A stretch of 32,000 nt of DNA, from assembly GCF_001545095.1 (NCBI RefSeq), contig NZ_CP013213.1, forward strand, positions 90,001-122,000, written 5' to 3'. This DNA is from Erysipelothrix larvae. GTDB lineage: Bacteria > Bacillota_I > Bacilli_A > Erysipelotrichales > Erysipelotrichaceae. The position numbers and the translations under genes were made by a program. Of the stretch, positions 1 through 8,593 are shown piece by piece. Position 1 is the stretch's first letter, and each line of letters opens with the position of its first letter. Below the pieces are notes generated by a model that was not told the origin of the DNA, searched no databases, and saw only the letters and a program-made list of their open reading frames with translations.

Positions 1-570
1 TTACGAGATGAGCTAGAAGACTATAAAAATCATACAACCCGCGCAGAAGTGGTGAAACAAACTGAAAAAGAACTCTTCGAGTTGTATAAAGATCCAGCAC
101 TTGACTATAAACCAGAACAACTTACAAAACGCGGTGGAACACACTATTCAGAAGCAGCGTGTGAGCTGATTGCATCAATCTACAACGATAAGCGCACGGT
201 AATGGTAGTAAGTACACAAAACAATGGAACAATCACAGACTTACCGTATGATTGTATTGTTGAGGTGTCATCAGTAATTACAGGCCATGGTCCAGAACCA
301 TTTAACTGGGGATCATTCAAACCATGCGCACGTGGTATCTTACAAATGATGAAATCAATGGAAGAAACTGTAATTAAAGCAGGTGTGAATGGTGATTACG
401 ATGCCGCACTTCAGGCATTCACAATCAACCCGATTGTGACATCAGGGGAAACAGCACGTACGTTATTAAATGAAATGCTTGTGGCAAATAAAGACTATTT
501 ACCACAATTTGAAACAACGATCGAAAAACTCATAGAAGAAGGGGTAACATACAACCCGGGGGATCTATAA
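1..570 (+). CDS. 6-phospho-beta-glucosidase, glycoside hydrolase family 4 (C-terminal part; 5' end outside window)
   Basis: Frame 1 is open from nt 1 to TAA 568-570, so the track's M at 49 is internal. The C-terminal sequence (KRGGTHYSEAACELIASIYNDKR...VEVSSVITGHGPEP) matches my recollection of CelF/LicH-type GH4 enzymes. A cellobiose-type PTS IIB gene follows 1 nt later. Confidence 0.8.
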   Translation, partial: LRDELEDYKNHTTRAEVVKQTEKELFELYKDPALDYKPEQLTKRGGTHYSEAACELIASIYNDKRTVMVVSTQNNGTITDLPYDCIVEVSSVITGHGPEPFNWGSFKPCARGILQMMKSMEETVIKAGVNGDYDAALQAFTINPIVTSGETARTLLNEMLVANKDYLPQFETTIEKLIEEGVTYNPGDL

Positions 571-571
571 A

Positions 572-877
572 ATGAGAAAAGTAATATTATTGTGTGCAGC
601 AGGCATGTCTACAAGCATGCTTGTAAAGAAGATTGTAGAAGCTGCTAAAGAAATCGATTATGATGTTGATGTAAGTGCATACTCAATCTCAGAAGCAAAA
701 AATGTCGTTCCAAGTTCAGATATAGTCTTGCTTGGACCACAAGTACGGTTTAATTTGAAAAAAATTCAAGATAGTTTTCCAGATAAACCAGTCAGTGTCA
801 TTGATATGAGAGACTATGGTACCATGAATGGTAAAAGCGTTGTAGCAATGATTAAGAAAGTACTCAAAGACGACTAA
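572..877 (+). CDS. PTS lactose/cellobiose-family EIIB component
   Basis: 101 aa. The N-terminus MRKVILLCAAGMSTSMLV carries the phospho-cysteine loop typical of cellobiose-type IIB, and the gene directly follows the GH4 gene. Confidence 0.9.
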   Translation: MRKVILLCAAGMSTSMLVKKIVEAAKEIDYDVDVSAYSISEAKNVVPSSDIVLLGPQVRFNLKKIQDSFPDKPVSVIDMRDYGTMNGKSVVAMIKKVLKDD

Positions 878-906
878 AGAGTAGGTTTAATCAATATATT
901 TAATAC

Positions 907-970
907 AAACAGGGTTTGTAGAAATAAGACGCAATTTATGCGAATTATTCACAAAAAAACCCTGTTTTTT
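907..970 (+). terminator. Rho-independent terminator-like hairpin after the first IIB gene
   Basis: AAACAGGGTTT (907-917) is perfectly complementary to AAACCCTGTTT (957-967) and is followed by a T-run to 970. The ~39 nt loop contains a smaller hairpin (CGCA..TGCG). Confidence 0.5.
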
Positions 971-1239
971 ATGTGTTTTGTTCTTCAAAGCTTGGTATAG
1001 GTTCTTTCAATATATAAATGAGTCAGTATTTTGAAATGGATTGATTCCAATGTGCTAGAATGAAAATGTAAGGGCATTCATGTGTTGCCCGTTTCCGCAA
1101 TCTTAAATGCCTAACTAACAATCGAATGGATTATCTTAACTATCGCGCATCGGGTATTTCATTGATAAATCGAAAATACATGACTAAAAATAGTCGACAC
1201 GTTTTAAAGATCTACTTATATATGGGAGGGTTTAGAAAT

Positions 1240-1542
1240 ATGCGTAAAGTAGTACTATTATGTGCAGCAGGAATGTCTACAAGTATGCTTGTAAAGAATA
1301 TTTCTGTTGCAGCTAAAGAAGAAGATTATGAAATTGAGGTAACCGCACATACAATATCTGACGCCAAAAGTGTTGTGCCTGGATCTGATATTGTATTACT
1401 TGGACCACAAGTGCGATTTAACCTAAATGGTGTTAAAGATAAGTTTCCTGATATCCCTGTTAAAGTGATGGATATGGAAGCATATGGTAAAATGGATGGT
1501 AAAAAAATAGTTGCATTGATTCGAAAAACTTTAAATGATTAA
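1240..1542 (+). CDS. PTS lactose/cellobiose-family EIIB component, second stand-alone paralogue
   Basis: MRKVVLLCAAGMSTSMLV... is about two-thirds identical to the 572-877 product by my manual alignment. ATG 1240 is preceded by GGGAGGG (1224-1230). The track's start at 1126 has no SD and adds a non-IIB extension. Confidence 0.85.
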   Translation: MRKVVLLCAAGMSTSMLVKNISVAAKEEDYEIEVTAHTISDAKSVVPGSDIVLLGPQVRFNLNGVKDKFPDIPVKVMDMEAYGKMDGKKIVALIRKTLND

Positions 1543-1578
1543 AGAATTACAAATATAAATTAAGAAAAGAGCGCGATG

Positions 1579-1609
1579 CAAAAGGCCGTAGATAACCTAC
1601 GACCTTTTG
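1579..1609. terminator. Hairpin between the convergent IIB (+) and rgg (-) genes
   Basis: CAAAAGGCCGTAG (1579-1591) pairs with CTACGACCTTTTG (1597-1609): 13 bp with one C/A mismatch and a 5 nt loop. The A/T runs form part of the stem, so it could act in both directions. Confidence 0.45.
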
Positions 1610-1638
1610 TTATCAAGGGGTACCAATCGATTTACCCT

Positions 1639-2502
1639 TTAGATGTGATTTGCGAAATCCGTCGCGCGCTCGATCCAGTAACTCAATTGATTTCTAACTT
1701 GAAGAAATTGATCAAACTGGGCTAATTGTGAAATGAGTTGGTTGCATTTATCAATGCCTGTATCGTCCCCTTTTGTAATCAGTATCAAGCCATCAATAAA
1801 CTGCCCAAAAAGTAGATATCCAACTTGCGTGAAATCACTGATGGGTTTCTCATAAAATGCTTTCATCAGGGTTTCGCATTCATCAATATCTTGTTGTAAA
1901 ATACAAACTAAAGCTTGATTTAGGATTATCTCATGAACATTAATCTCTGGGAAATAAGCAAATTGTTCAACGCTTCTTAAGAAAAAAGGCCGGACTTGTT
2001 TAAGTTCTTCTTTTGAGAATATTTGTGAGATGCAATGAAATAAAAAAAATTCGTATCTACCCCAAATCTCAACTGATGACAAATAGTCATGAAGAATCGC
2101 TCGTTTCTTTTCATCTACACGTTGTGCATTGACACTGTATATTTCACAAACAATGGACATATGAAGATAAGCTTCATGGTGATACCGATCATATTTCATT
2201 ATAAAATTGTCGCTCAACTTCAACAGTTTGTATTTATCATAATTTTTATTATTCGCTTCAACAAACTCAATCATGAGCTTATTAATGTCAACGATAGCAT
2301 CAGAAGCATAAGCATAGATGAACTCATCAAAGGTGCAATTAATGCGATTTAGTAATGGGATAAAATTCATGAGCTTGATATCGGATTGTCCGGTTTCAAA
2401 ATTAGACAACGTTGGAATGGTAATAATTCCCTGCGATATTTCTTTTAATTTATATCCTTTGTTTTCTCTAAGTACGCGAAATGTTGGTCCAAATGGCTTC
2501 AT
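1639..2502 (-). CDS. Rgg/MutR-family (XRE HTH plus TPR-like C-terminal domain) transcriptional regulator
   Basis: 287 aa. The N-terminal HTH (LRENKGYKLKEISQGIITIPTLSNFETGQSDIKLMNFIPLL) and the length are typical of Rgg regulators. SD AGGGGGA lies upstream of the ATG on the minus strand. Confidence 0.75.
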   Translation of the reverse strand: MKPFGPTFRVLRENKGYKLKEISQGIITIPTLSNFETGQSDIKLMNFIPLLNRINCTFDEFIYAYASDAIVDINKLMIEFVEANNKNYDKYKLLKLSDNFIMKYDRYHHEAYLHMSIVCEIYSVNAQRVDEKKRAILHDYLSSVEIWGRYEFFLFHCISQIFSKEELKQVRPFFLRSVEQFAYFPEINVHEIILNQALVCILQQDIDECETLMKAFYEKPISDFTQVGYLLFGQFIDGLILITKGDDTGIDKCNQLISQLAQFDQFLQVRNQLSYWIERATDFANHI

Positions 2503-2536
2503 ATATCCCCCTATTAATTAAAAACACTACCCATTT

Positions 2537-2545
2537 ATTATATCA
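2537..2545 (-). promoter_or_regulatory. Extended -10 element (TGATATAAT on minus strand) for rgg
   Basis: Plus-strand ATTATATCA is TGATATAAT on the minus strand, about 35 nt upstream of the rgg start. No good -35 is seen. Confidence 0.4.
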
Positions 2546-2572
2546 TTTAATTAAAGTAAACTATAAAAAATC

Positions 2573-2624
2573 TTGCATTTGAACCCGAGTTCCATTGCAT
2601 TTTACGTTCGTCATTAACAATAAT
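2573..2624 (+). promoter_or_regulatory. Direct repeat TTGCATTT x2 (22-bp period) overlapping a candidate promoter for the ABC operon
   Basis: TTGCATTT occurs at 2573-2580 and 2595-2602. The second copy supplies TTGCAT as a -35, with an 18 nt spacer to AATAAT (2619-2624). It sits in the rgg/ABC divergent intergenic region. Confidence 0.3.
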
Positions 2625-2727
2625 AAAGGTATAGACAGCCTGTGGTAAAGTTTTACTAGACCTTAGAAAGGAGCACAAGATGATTATAAACATCAACATG
2701 CTCGTAAAGGAAGAAGGAGGGTTTAGT

Positions 2728-3570
2728 ATGGTTTTACAACTTGAAAACATTCAAAAGAAGTTTGGTTCATTTACAGCACTTGAAGACATTAGTTTTGATA
2801 TTCATCAAGGGGAAATCTTTGGATTTTTAGGACCTAGCGGTTCTGGAAAAACAACAACCATAAAAATTGTGACCGGTCAATTGGCACAAACAAACGGGAG
2901 TGCAACGGTTTTGGGGAAAGATACTCGAAGAATAAACGAAGGGATTTATGAACAAATAGGAATCGTCACAGATACAAGTGGACTTTATGAGAAACTTAGT
3001 GTGTATGACAACCTAAAAATATTTGCAGATATATTAAATGTGGACCAAGCACGCATTGTCATACTGTTAAAGAAAGTGGGTCTATTTGACCACAAGAAAA
3101 AGAAAGCGGGGAAATTGTCGAAAGGGCAAAGACAGCGACTTGTCCTAGCACGAGCAATTTTACATAAACCGAAACTTCTTTTTCTTGATGAGCCAACAAG
3201 CGGCTTGGATCCTACGACTGCCAAACAGATTCAAGACATGTTTTTAGAACTAAAGCACGAAGGAATGTCTATATTTTTGACAACACACAATATGGAAGAA
3301 GCGACACGCCTTTGCGATACAATCGCATTACTCAATGAAGGCCGAATTGTTGAACAAGGCTCACCCCAAGAGATTTGCCTTCGACATAATCAAGATAAAC
3401 AATATAGGGTAACACTAAACAATAGAGAAGTGATGAAATTGGATGACTCAAACGCATCCGCTGAGTTTATTTATGAAAACTTACAGAATGGACAAATAGA
3501 AACATTGCATTCATGTGAACCTACACTTGAAGATGTGTTTATTAAAGTAACAGGGAGGGAATTGTTATGA
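2728..3570 (+). CDS. ABC transporter ATP-binding protein (ABC-2 exporter type)
   Basis: Walker A GPSGSGKTT, signature LSKGQRQR and Walker B LLFLDEPTSGLD are present. Start ATG 2728 has SD GAAGGAGGG (2713-2721). An in-frame upstream ATG at 2680 also has a strong SD (see findings). Confidence 0.9.
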   Translation: MVLQLENIQKKFGSFTALEDISFDIHQGEIFGFLGPSGSGKTTTIKIVTGQLAQTNGSATVLGKDTRRINEGIYEQIGIVTDTSGLYEKLSVYDNLKIFADILNVDQARIVILLKKVGLFDHKKKKAGKLSKGQRQRLVLARAILHKPKLLFLDEPTSGLDPTTAKQIQDMFLELKHEGMSIFLTTHNMEEATRLCDTIALLNEGRIVEQGSPQEICLRHNQDKQYRVTLNNREVMKLDDSNASAEFIYENLQNGQIETLHSCEPTLEDVFIKVTGRELL

Positions 3571-4301
3571 GAAAAATATGGGTAATGATGAAACTAAAGA
3601 CGAAGATGTTAATGACCAATACATCAGCATTAACAGGACCAATGATGGCAATCGGTATGACTGTAATGATGCGGATCCTATACAGTTCTTTAACGGACAA
3701 TCCCAAACAGCTCACCCTTCTATTAGGCGTTGCACTGAGTTTAGGTGCTTCGATGAATTTAGGCATGGGAGCAATTATGATGACAGCATTACCATTGGCA
3801 GAAGAAAAAGAAAAGAATACCCTGCGCACATTAATGACATCATCAGTTACTGCACGTGATTTCTTTATTGGTAGTTTAGTACCACCCCTTGTGATAACTG
3901 TAGCCGTTAATTATTTGCTGATTACTGTTAGTGGTGTGAATGTTGCTCAAATTGATTTTGTATTATATACCGTGTTAAGTGTGACATCCGCAATCATTAG
4001 CTGTCTTGTTGGATTATTAATTGGCGTATTTGCGAAATCACAAGTGAATGCCAATAACATAATGATGCCAGTTACACTCATTCTCTCAATGATTCCAACC
4101 TTTAGTTTATTTAATGTCAAATTACAAAATATATCTAAATATATCTATACAGGGATGGTCAATGATATGTTAAATGCATTTAATTTAGGTGAAGCCTATG
4201 CACTGGAAACATCGCAAATTGCGATTTTATTCGCAATGATTCTGCTTATAAGTGGCTTATTTATTTACTACTACAAAAGAAATGGCCTTGATTTAGATTA
4301 A
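3567..4301 (+). CDS. ABC-2 family transporter permease
   Basis: 244 aa with about 6 hydrophobic segments. ATGA start/stop overlap with the ATPase gene (3567-3570). Confidence 0.8.
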   Translation: MRKIWVMMKLKTKMLMTNTSALTGPMMAIGMTVMMRILYSSLTDNPKQLTLLLGVALSLGASMNLGMGAIMMTALPLAEEKEKNTLRTLMTSSVTARDFFIGSLVPPLVITVAVNYLLITVSGVNVAQIDFVLYTVLSVTSAIISCLVGLLIGVFAKSQVNANNIMMPVTLILSMIPTFSLFNVKLQNISKYIYTGMVNDMLNAFNLGEAYALETSQIAILFAMILLISGLFIYYYKRNGLDLD

Positions 4302-4302
4302 A

Positions 4303-4326
4303 AACAACCTCACTTATGAGGTTGTT
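4303..4326. terminator. Hairpin shared by the convergent permease (+) and LOG (-) genes
   Basis: AACAACCTCA (4303-4312) pairs perfectly over 10 bp with TGAGGTTGTT (4317-4326). On the minus strand it is followed by TTTTT. The LOG gene stop codon lies in the loop. Confidence 0.55.
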
Positions 4327-4853
4327 ACTGCGTTAATGGCTTCTTCCACAGTACTTACAAAATGAATCTGGGCATGGTCTTTATCACTAATGAATCCAAG
4401 TTCATGAGCATGGTCGATATAAAGTTTGAGTCCGTCATAAAATTTATCGATGTTCAAAAACACAAAGGGTTTATTATGGACTCCAATTTGTCGCCATGTA
4501 ATGACCTCAAAGATTTCTTCCATAGTTCCACATCCACCGGGTAAAGCGATAAATCCATCGGATAGATCCATCATCTTTTTCTTGCGTTGATGCATATCCG
4601 CTACTTTGACGACTTCACTTAAGCCAGGATGAAGGATTTCTTTATCAAAGAGTACTGTAGGCATGACACCAATTACAGTTCCTTGATGTTCAAGACTTGC
4701 GTCTGCTAATACTTTCATCGTTCCAACATTTGCACCCCCATAAACCAAGCCATAATGCTCTTGCGCGATTTTTTTTCCAAGTTCTTTCGCGGTTTGAGCA
4801 TAGATTGGATTACTGGGTGTTCTTGATCCTAAATATACTGCAATATTCTTCAT
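4314..4853 (-). CDS. LOG-family protein (TIGR00730-type nucleotide 5'-monophosphate nucleosidase / lysine-decarboxylase-like)
   Basis: 179 aa with the LOG hallmark PGGCGTMEE plus GGANVGTM. Confidence 0.85.
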   Translation of the reverse strand: MKNIAVYLGSRTPSNPIYAQTAKELGKKIAQEHYGLVYGGANVGTMKVLADASLEHQGTVIGVMPTVLFDKEILHPGLSEVVKVADMHQRKKKMMDLSDGFIALPGGCGTMEEIFEVITWRQIGVHNKPFVFLNIDKFYDGLKLYIDHAHELGFISDKDHAQIHFVSTVEEAINAVTTS

Positions 4854-4945
4854 AATTTACACTCCTAAAGATATCCTATCATAATATTTAAAGGGATGCA
4901 TAAAATAGTGTATAATTAGATAGGACGAATTTAAGAGGTGACCGT

Positions 4946-6454
4946 ATGAGTGAAAATAATGATAAAGTAAAAATTAAATTGGAAAGACATCAGTGGCCTG
5001 ATGAAATCCAAAAGAAACATAAAAACCGATGGGTAATTGTAGTGACCGTCCTTGCGATATTCGCATCCTTTGGATTAGGTTGGACGTTCTCAAGAGCTGT
5101 AAATGGAAATTCACTGACAGTGGTTCAAAATGCACAAATTGCACGATTTGAACGCATCTACAACCCACTCCTTAGTGGATGGTTTTTCGCAAATGATATG
5201 GACAACGCATCCGAGCAATTGATCACAAATGCAATTAACGGTATGTTGCAACTAAATGGGGATCCCCATACAAGCTATATGACAGCAGAAGAGTCTGATG
5301 ACTTTACAAGCTCAATTGATATGTCATTTGTCGGAATTGGTGTAATGTATACATCGGCGAATAATCTTAACTTAATTACACGTGTCTACAAAGACTCACC
5401 AGCTGAGAATGCAGGAATTCTAGCGGGTGATGTTTTAGTTTCTGTCGATGGGAAATTAATTTCCGAAATCAATGAAGAAGGCGGCGACTTAAGAGAATAC
5501 ATCCTTGGTGAAGAAGGGACAACCGTTGTTATTGGTATTGACCGTCAAGGGACTCCTAAAGAATTTACTGTAAAACGAGGACAAATCAATGCTTTAACAT
5601 GGGGAGAAATGCTGAGTGGTGATCTTGCATACTTAGAAATCTCTTCGTTTGGGAATACCCTTAAACAAAGTACTGAAGTATATTTAGACTATTTCAAGAG
5701 TCAAGGTGCTAAAAAACTGATTATTGATATGCGCGATAATGGTGGTGGGTATCTTGCTGCAATCAATGATATATCTCAATTACTCTTTGATACTGGTGAT
5801 GCAATCTATCAAGAAAAATTCACAGATGGTTCTCAAGTAACATACAACGTTAAATCAAGTCAGAAAGAAAATTATCCATTTGATGAGATTGTTGTCTTAA
5901 TTAATCAAAACACAGCATCTGCTGCAGAAGTTTTGACCCTTGCAATGACAGAAAACCTTGGCGTTAAAACAGTGGGGGTAACCTCATATGGTAAGGGGAC
6001 AGTTCAAACCCAAATTCAAGACAGTGTGGATAATTCATTCTTAAAATATACAATGGCTAAGTGGTTTTCACCAAGTGGCGTGAGTATTCATGAAGTAGGA
6101 ATTGTTCCAGATTATGAAGTGAAACTTTCTGAAATATTCTATAAAGACTATGTATTACTTGAAGAAGGTCAGACTTTCGATTATGACTCTGTGGGTGATG
6201 CAGTATCTTATGTACAAGCGGGGCTTCAGTTCTTAGGATATCACAGTGGGCGTATCGATGGATATTACGATGGAAACACCCGTGATGCGCTTCAAGCATT
6301 CTTAAGTGATCGAAACTTGCCAACAACATCCGTAATTACGCAAGATGTAATTCAGAATGTATATGCCTCAGTGTTAGCTGAGTGGGCACAAAATAGAAAC
6401 GCAAATGATGTACAACTTCAAAAAGCAATCGAGGTTATTAATAATGGATCATAA
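4946..6454 (+). CDS. S41 carboxy-terminal processing protease with N-terminal TM anchor, PDZ domain and C-terminal peptidoglycan-binding repeat
   Basis: TM segment [18 protein letters not shown]; PDZ-like [18 protein letters not shown]; S41 motifs [19 protein letters not shown] and YGKGTVQ. The C-terminus [22 protein letters not shown] resembles PG_binding_1. SD AAGAGGTGA lies before the ATG. Confidence 0.9.
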   Translation: MSENNDKVKIKLERHQWPDEIQKKHKNRWVIVVTVLAIFASFGLGWTFSRAVNGNSLTVVQNAQIARFERIYNPLLSGWFFANDMDNASEQLITNAINGMLQLNGDPHTSYMTAEESDDFTSSIDMSFVGIGVMYTSANNLNLITRVYKDSPAENAGILAGDVLVSVDGKLISEINEEGGDLREYILGEEGTTVVIGIDRQGTPKEFTVKRGQINALTWGEMLSGDLAYLEISSFGNTLKQSTEVYLDYFKSQGAKKLIIDMRDNGGGYLAAINDISQLLFDTGDAIYQEKFTDGSQVTYNVKSSQKENYPFDEIVVLINQNTASAAEVLTLAMTENLGVKTVGVTSYGKGTVQTQIQDSVDNSFLKYTMAKWFSPSGVSIHEVGIVPDYEVKLSEIFYKDYVLLEEGQTFDYDSVGDAVSYVQAGLQFLGYHSGRIDGYYDGNTRDALQAFLSDRNLPTTSVITQDVIQNVYASVLAEWAQNRNANDVQLQKAIEVINNGS

Positions 6455-8417
6455 GTTCGAGCTTGTTTCTAAGTTTGAACCAAAGGGTGACCAAGTAAAA
6501 GCAATCCAACAACTTGTTGAGGGGATTGAATCAGGGAAGAAAGAACAAGTGCTCTTAGGTGCTACAGGAACTGGAAAGACGTTCACAATGTCACATGTGA
6601 TTGCGACATTAAACCGTCCTACTTTAGTATTTGCACACAACAAGACACTCGCAGGTCAGCTCTATTCAGAATTTAAAGAGTTCTTTCCAAATAATCGTGT
6701 CGAATACTTTGTTTCGAACTTTGATTATTATCAACCGGAAGCATATTTGCCAGGAACCGATACCTACATTGAAAAGTCTTCAATGATTAACCAGGAACTG
6801 GATATGCTTCGTTTAGCTGCGCAAAATAGCATCTTAGAGCGTCGTGACACAATCGTCATTGCATCCGTTGCATGTATTTATGGATCCAGTGACCCTGCTT
6901 ATTATAAAGCAATGCTCTATACACTACGTGTAGGACAACAAAGTAAACGCGAGGACGTCCTTAGAGACCTTGTAACGCGCCAATACACACGCAATGATAT
7001 CGAACAAGCACGAGGAACGTTTAGGGTGCGCGGTGATTCTATTGAGATTGTGCCGGGTCATTCTGACGCGTTTGTAATCCGACTTGAATTCTTTGATGAA
7101 GAATTAGAACGGATTGTTGAACTTGATCGAATAACAGGACATGTTAAAGAAAGTTATAAAATCTACCACTTATTCCCAGCAAACGAATATGCTCGTGATT
7201 TAGAACATATTCGAAAAGCCGCGAATAATATTGAGGCTGAGCTTAAAGAACGGCTAACATATTTTAATGAACATGAAAAACTTCTTGAAGCACAGCGTCT
7301 TAAACAACGCACAGAATATGATTTAGAAGCCTTGCGTTCATACGGTATGTGTTCGGGAATTGAAAATTACTCAATGCATATTGATGGAAGAACCCCAGAA
7401 CAAAGACCGTTTAACCTCTTTGACTATTTCCCAGATGATTATCTATTTATTGTCGATGAATCGCATGTATCCTTACCACAAGTTCGAGGTATGTACAATG
7501 GGGATCAAAGTCGAAAACGAACGCTTGTAGAATATGGGTTTAGATTGCCAAGTGCACTCAATAACCGACCAATGACATTTACTGAGTTCGAAAGTGTTCA
7601 AAATCAAACAGTCTATGTCTCCGCAACACCAGGAGACTATGAACTTGAAAAGGTTGATCATAAAGTTGTGGAACAAATCATTCGTCCTACCGGACTTTTG
7701 GATCCAACAATCGAAGTGAAACCAAGTGTTGGTCAGGTTGATGATCTCATTGACCAAATCCGTGAACGACAAGCACGCAATGAACGGGTGCTCGTCACAA
7801 CACTTACTGTAAAGATGGCACAAGATTTAACCCACTTCTTAATGGAAATGGATATTAAAGTGGCATATCTTCACCATGAAACCAAAACATTGGAACGTAT
7901 TGAGATTCTTAGAGATTTACGGTTAGGGAAGTACGATGTAGTCGTGGGGATTAACCTTCTAAGAGAAGGTTTGGACTTACCAGAAGTCAGTCTTATCGCA
8001 ATTCTTGATGCAGATAAGGAAGGGTTCTTGCGCTCAAAACGTTCGCTCGTTCAGATTGTAGGGCGTGCAGCGCGTAACGAACATGGTCATGTTATTATGT
8101 ATGCAGACCGGATCACGGATTCAATGCAGTATACCTTAGATGAAACAAAACGACGTCGTGAGATTCAACATGCTTACAATGTTGAACATGGTATTACACC
8201 AACGACTGTTAAAAAAGAGATTCGTGATGTTATCTCAGGTAAAGAAACCCAAGATCTTACCAAGAAAATCAGAACGAATAAAGTCAAATCACGCAAAGAG
8301 GTTGAAGAAGTTATTGCACGTCTTGAAAAAGAAATGCGAGAAGCAGCTGCGCTCCTTGATTTTGAAAGAGCTGCGCAACTTCGTGATATAATGATAGAAA
8401 TGAAAGCAGAACTATAA
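6444..8417 (+). CDS. uvrB: Excinuclease ABC subunit B
   Basis: [17 protein letters not shown]...GATGTGKTF, with helicase motifs and a C-terminal UVR motif (FERAAQLRD). ATG 6444 follows GAGGT (6431-6435). The track's start at 6405 lies inside the protease gene and adds a non-UvrB extension. Confidence 0.97.
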   Translation: MDHKFELVSKFEPKGDQVKAIQQLVEGIESGKKEQVLLGATGTGKTFTMSHVIATLNRPTLVFAHNKTLAGQLYSEFKEFFPNNRVEYFVSNFDYYQPEAYLPGTDTYIEKSSMINQELDMLRLAAQNSILERRDTIVIASVACIYGSSDPAYYKAMLYTLRVGQQSKREDVLRDLVTRQYTRNDIEQARGTFRVRGDSIEIVPGHSDAFVIRLEFFDEELERIVELDRITGHVKESYKIYHLFPANEYARDLEHIRKAANNIEAELKERLTYFNEHEKLLEAQRLKQRTEYDLEALRSYGMCSGIENYSMHIDGRTPEQRPFNLFDYFPDDYLFIVDESHVSLPQVRGMYNGDQSRKRTLVEYGFRLPSALNNRPMTFTEFESVQNQTVYVSATPGDYELEKVDHKVVEQIIRPTGLLDPTIEVKPSVGQVDDLIDQIRERQARNERVLVTTLTVKMAQDLTHFLMEMDIKVAYLHHETKTLERIEILRDLRLGKYDVVVGINLLREGLDLPEVSLIAILDADKEGFLRSKRSLVQIVGRAARNEHGHVIMYADRITDSMQYTLDETKRRREIQHAYNVEHGITPTTVKKEIRDVISGKETQDLTKKIRTNKVKSRKEVEEVIARLEKEMREAAALLDFERAAQLRDIMIEMKAEL

Positions 8418-8422
8418 ACAAA

Positions 8423-8463
8423 AGGCATTTAGACAATGATAGCGTCTGAATGCCTATTTTTTT
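8423..8463 (+). terminator. Rho-independent terminator after uvrB
   Basis: AGGCATTTAGAC (8423-8434) pairs with GTCTGAATGCCT (8444-8455), 12 bp including one G-U pair, followed by ATTTTTTT. Confidence 0.75.
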
Positions 8464-8544
8464 GTGATAAAGTGCTTAAAGGAGCATCACGATGTCTAAA
8501 TATAACCACTTATCCAAAAGCTACGACCATATAGTAAAAACGCA

Positions 8545-8573
8545 TTGAAACGACGAAATAATAGAATTAGAAT
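8545..8573 (+). promoter_or_regulatory. Sigma-A-type promoter for the LytTR operon
   Basis: TTGAAA (8545-8550), a 17 nt spacer, then TAGAAT (8568-8573). A second TAGAAT sits at 8562-8567. The SD AGAGGAG begins about 8 nt downstream. Confidence 0.45.
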
Positions 8574-8593
8574 GGGTGAAGAGAGGAGAAGCA

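Noticed and set aside
1126-1239. Long N-terminal extension of the second IIB gene (track start 1126)
   Set aside because: There is no SD at 1126. The extension, MDYLNYRASGISLINRKYMTKNSRHVLKIYLYMGGFRN, is not IIB-like, whereas ATG 1240 has GGGAGGG upstream and aligns with residue 1 of the first IIB.
1576-1725. 49-codon plus-strand ORF spanning the 1579-1609 hairpin and the 3' end of rgg
   Set aside because: Only a weak purine stretch stands in for an SD. The ORF runs through a terminator-like hairpin and antisense into rgg, so it is most likely fortuitous.
2089-2521. Plus-strand ORFs 2089-2352 and 2318-2521, antisense to rgg
   Set aside because: They lie fully inside the well-supported Rgg gene on the opposite strand. 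Their composition is low-complexity and Ile/Phe-rich, typical of antisense AT-rich frames, and they have no SD.
2547-2750. Minus-strand 67-aa ORF, or its 17-aa tail MQWNSGSNARFFIVYFN, as a possible SHP pheromone next to rgg
   Set aside because: It has no SD before either start, and the long form overlaps the ABC gene start antisense. It lies upstream of the rgg -10, so it would not be on the rgg transcript, and it lacks the basic N-terminus typical of SHPs.
3542-3859. ORFs 3542-3829 (-) and 3578-3859 (+) overlapping the permease gene
   Set aside because: These are alternative frames of a coding region whose main frame gives a coherent multi-TM ABC-2 permease coupled by ATGA to the ATPase. 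They have no independent start signals.
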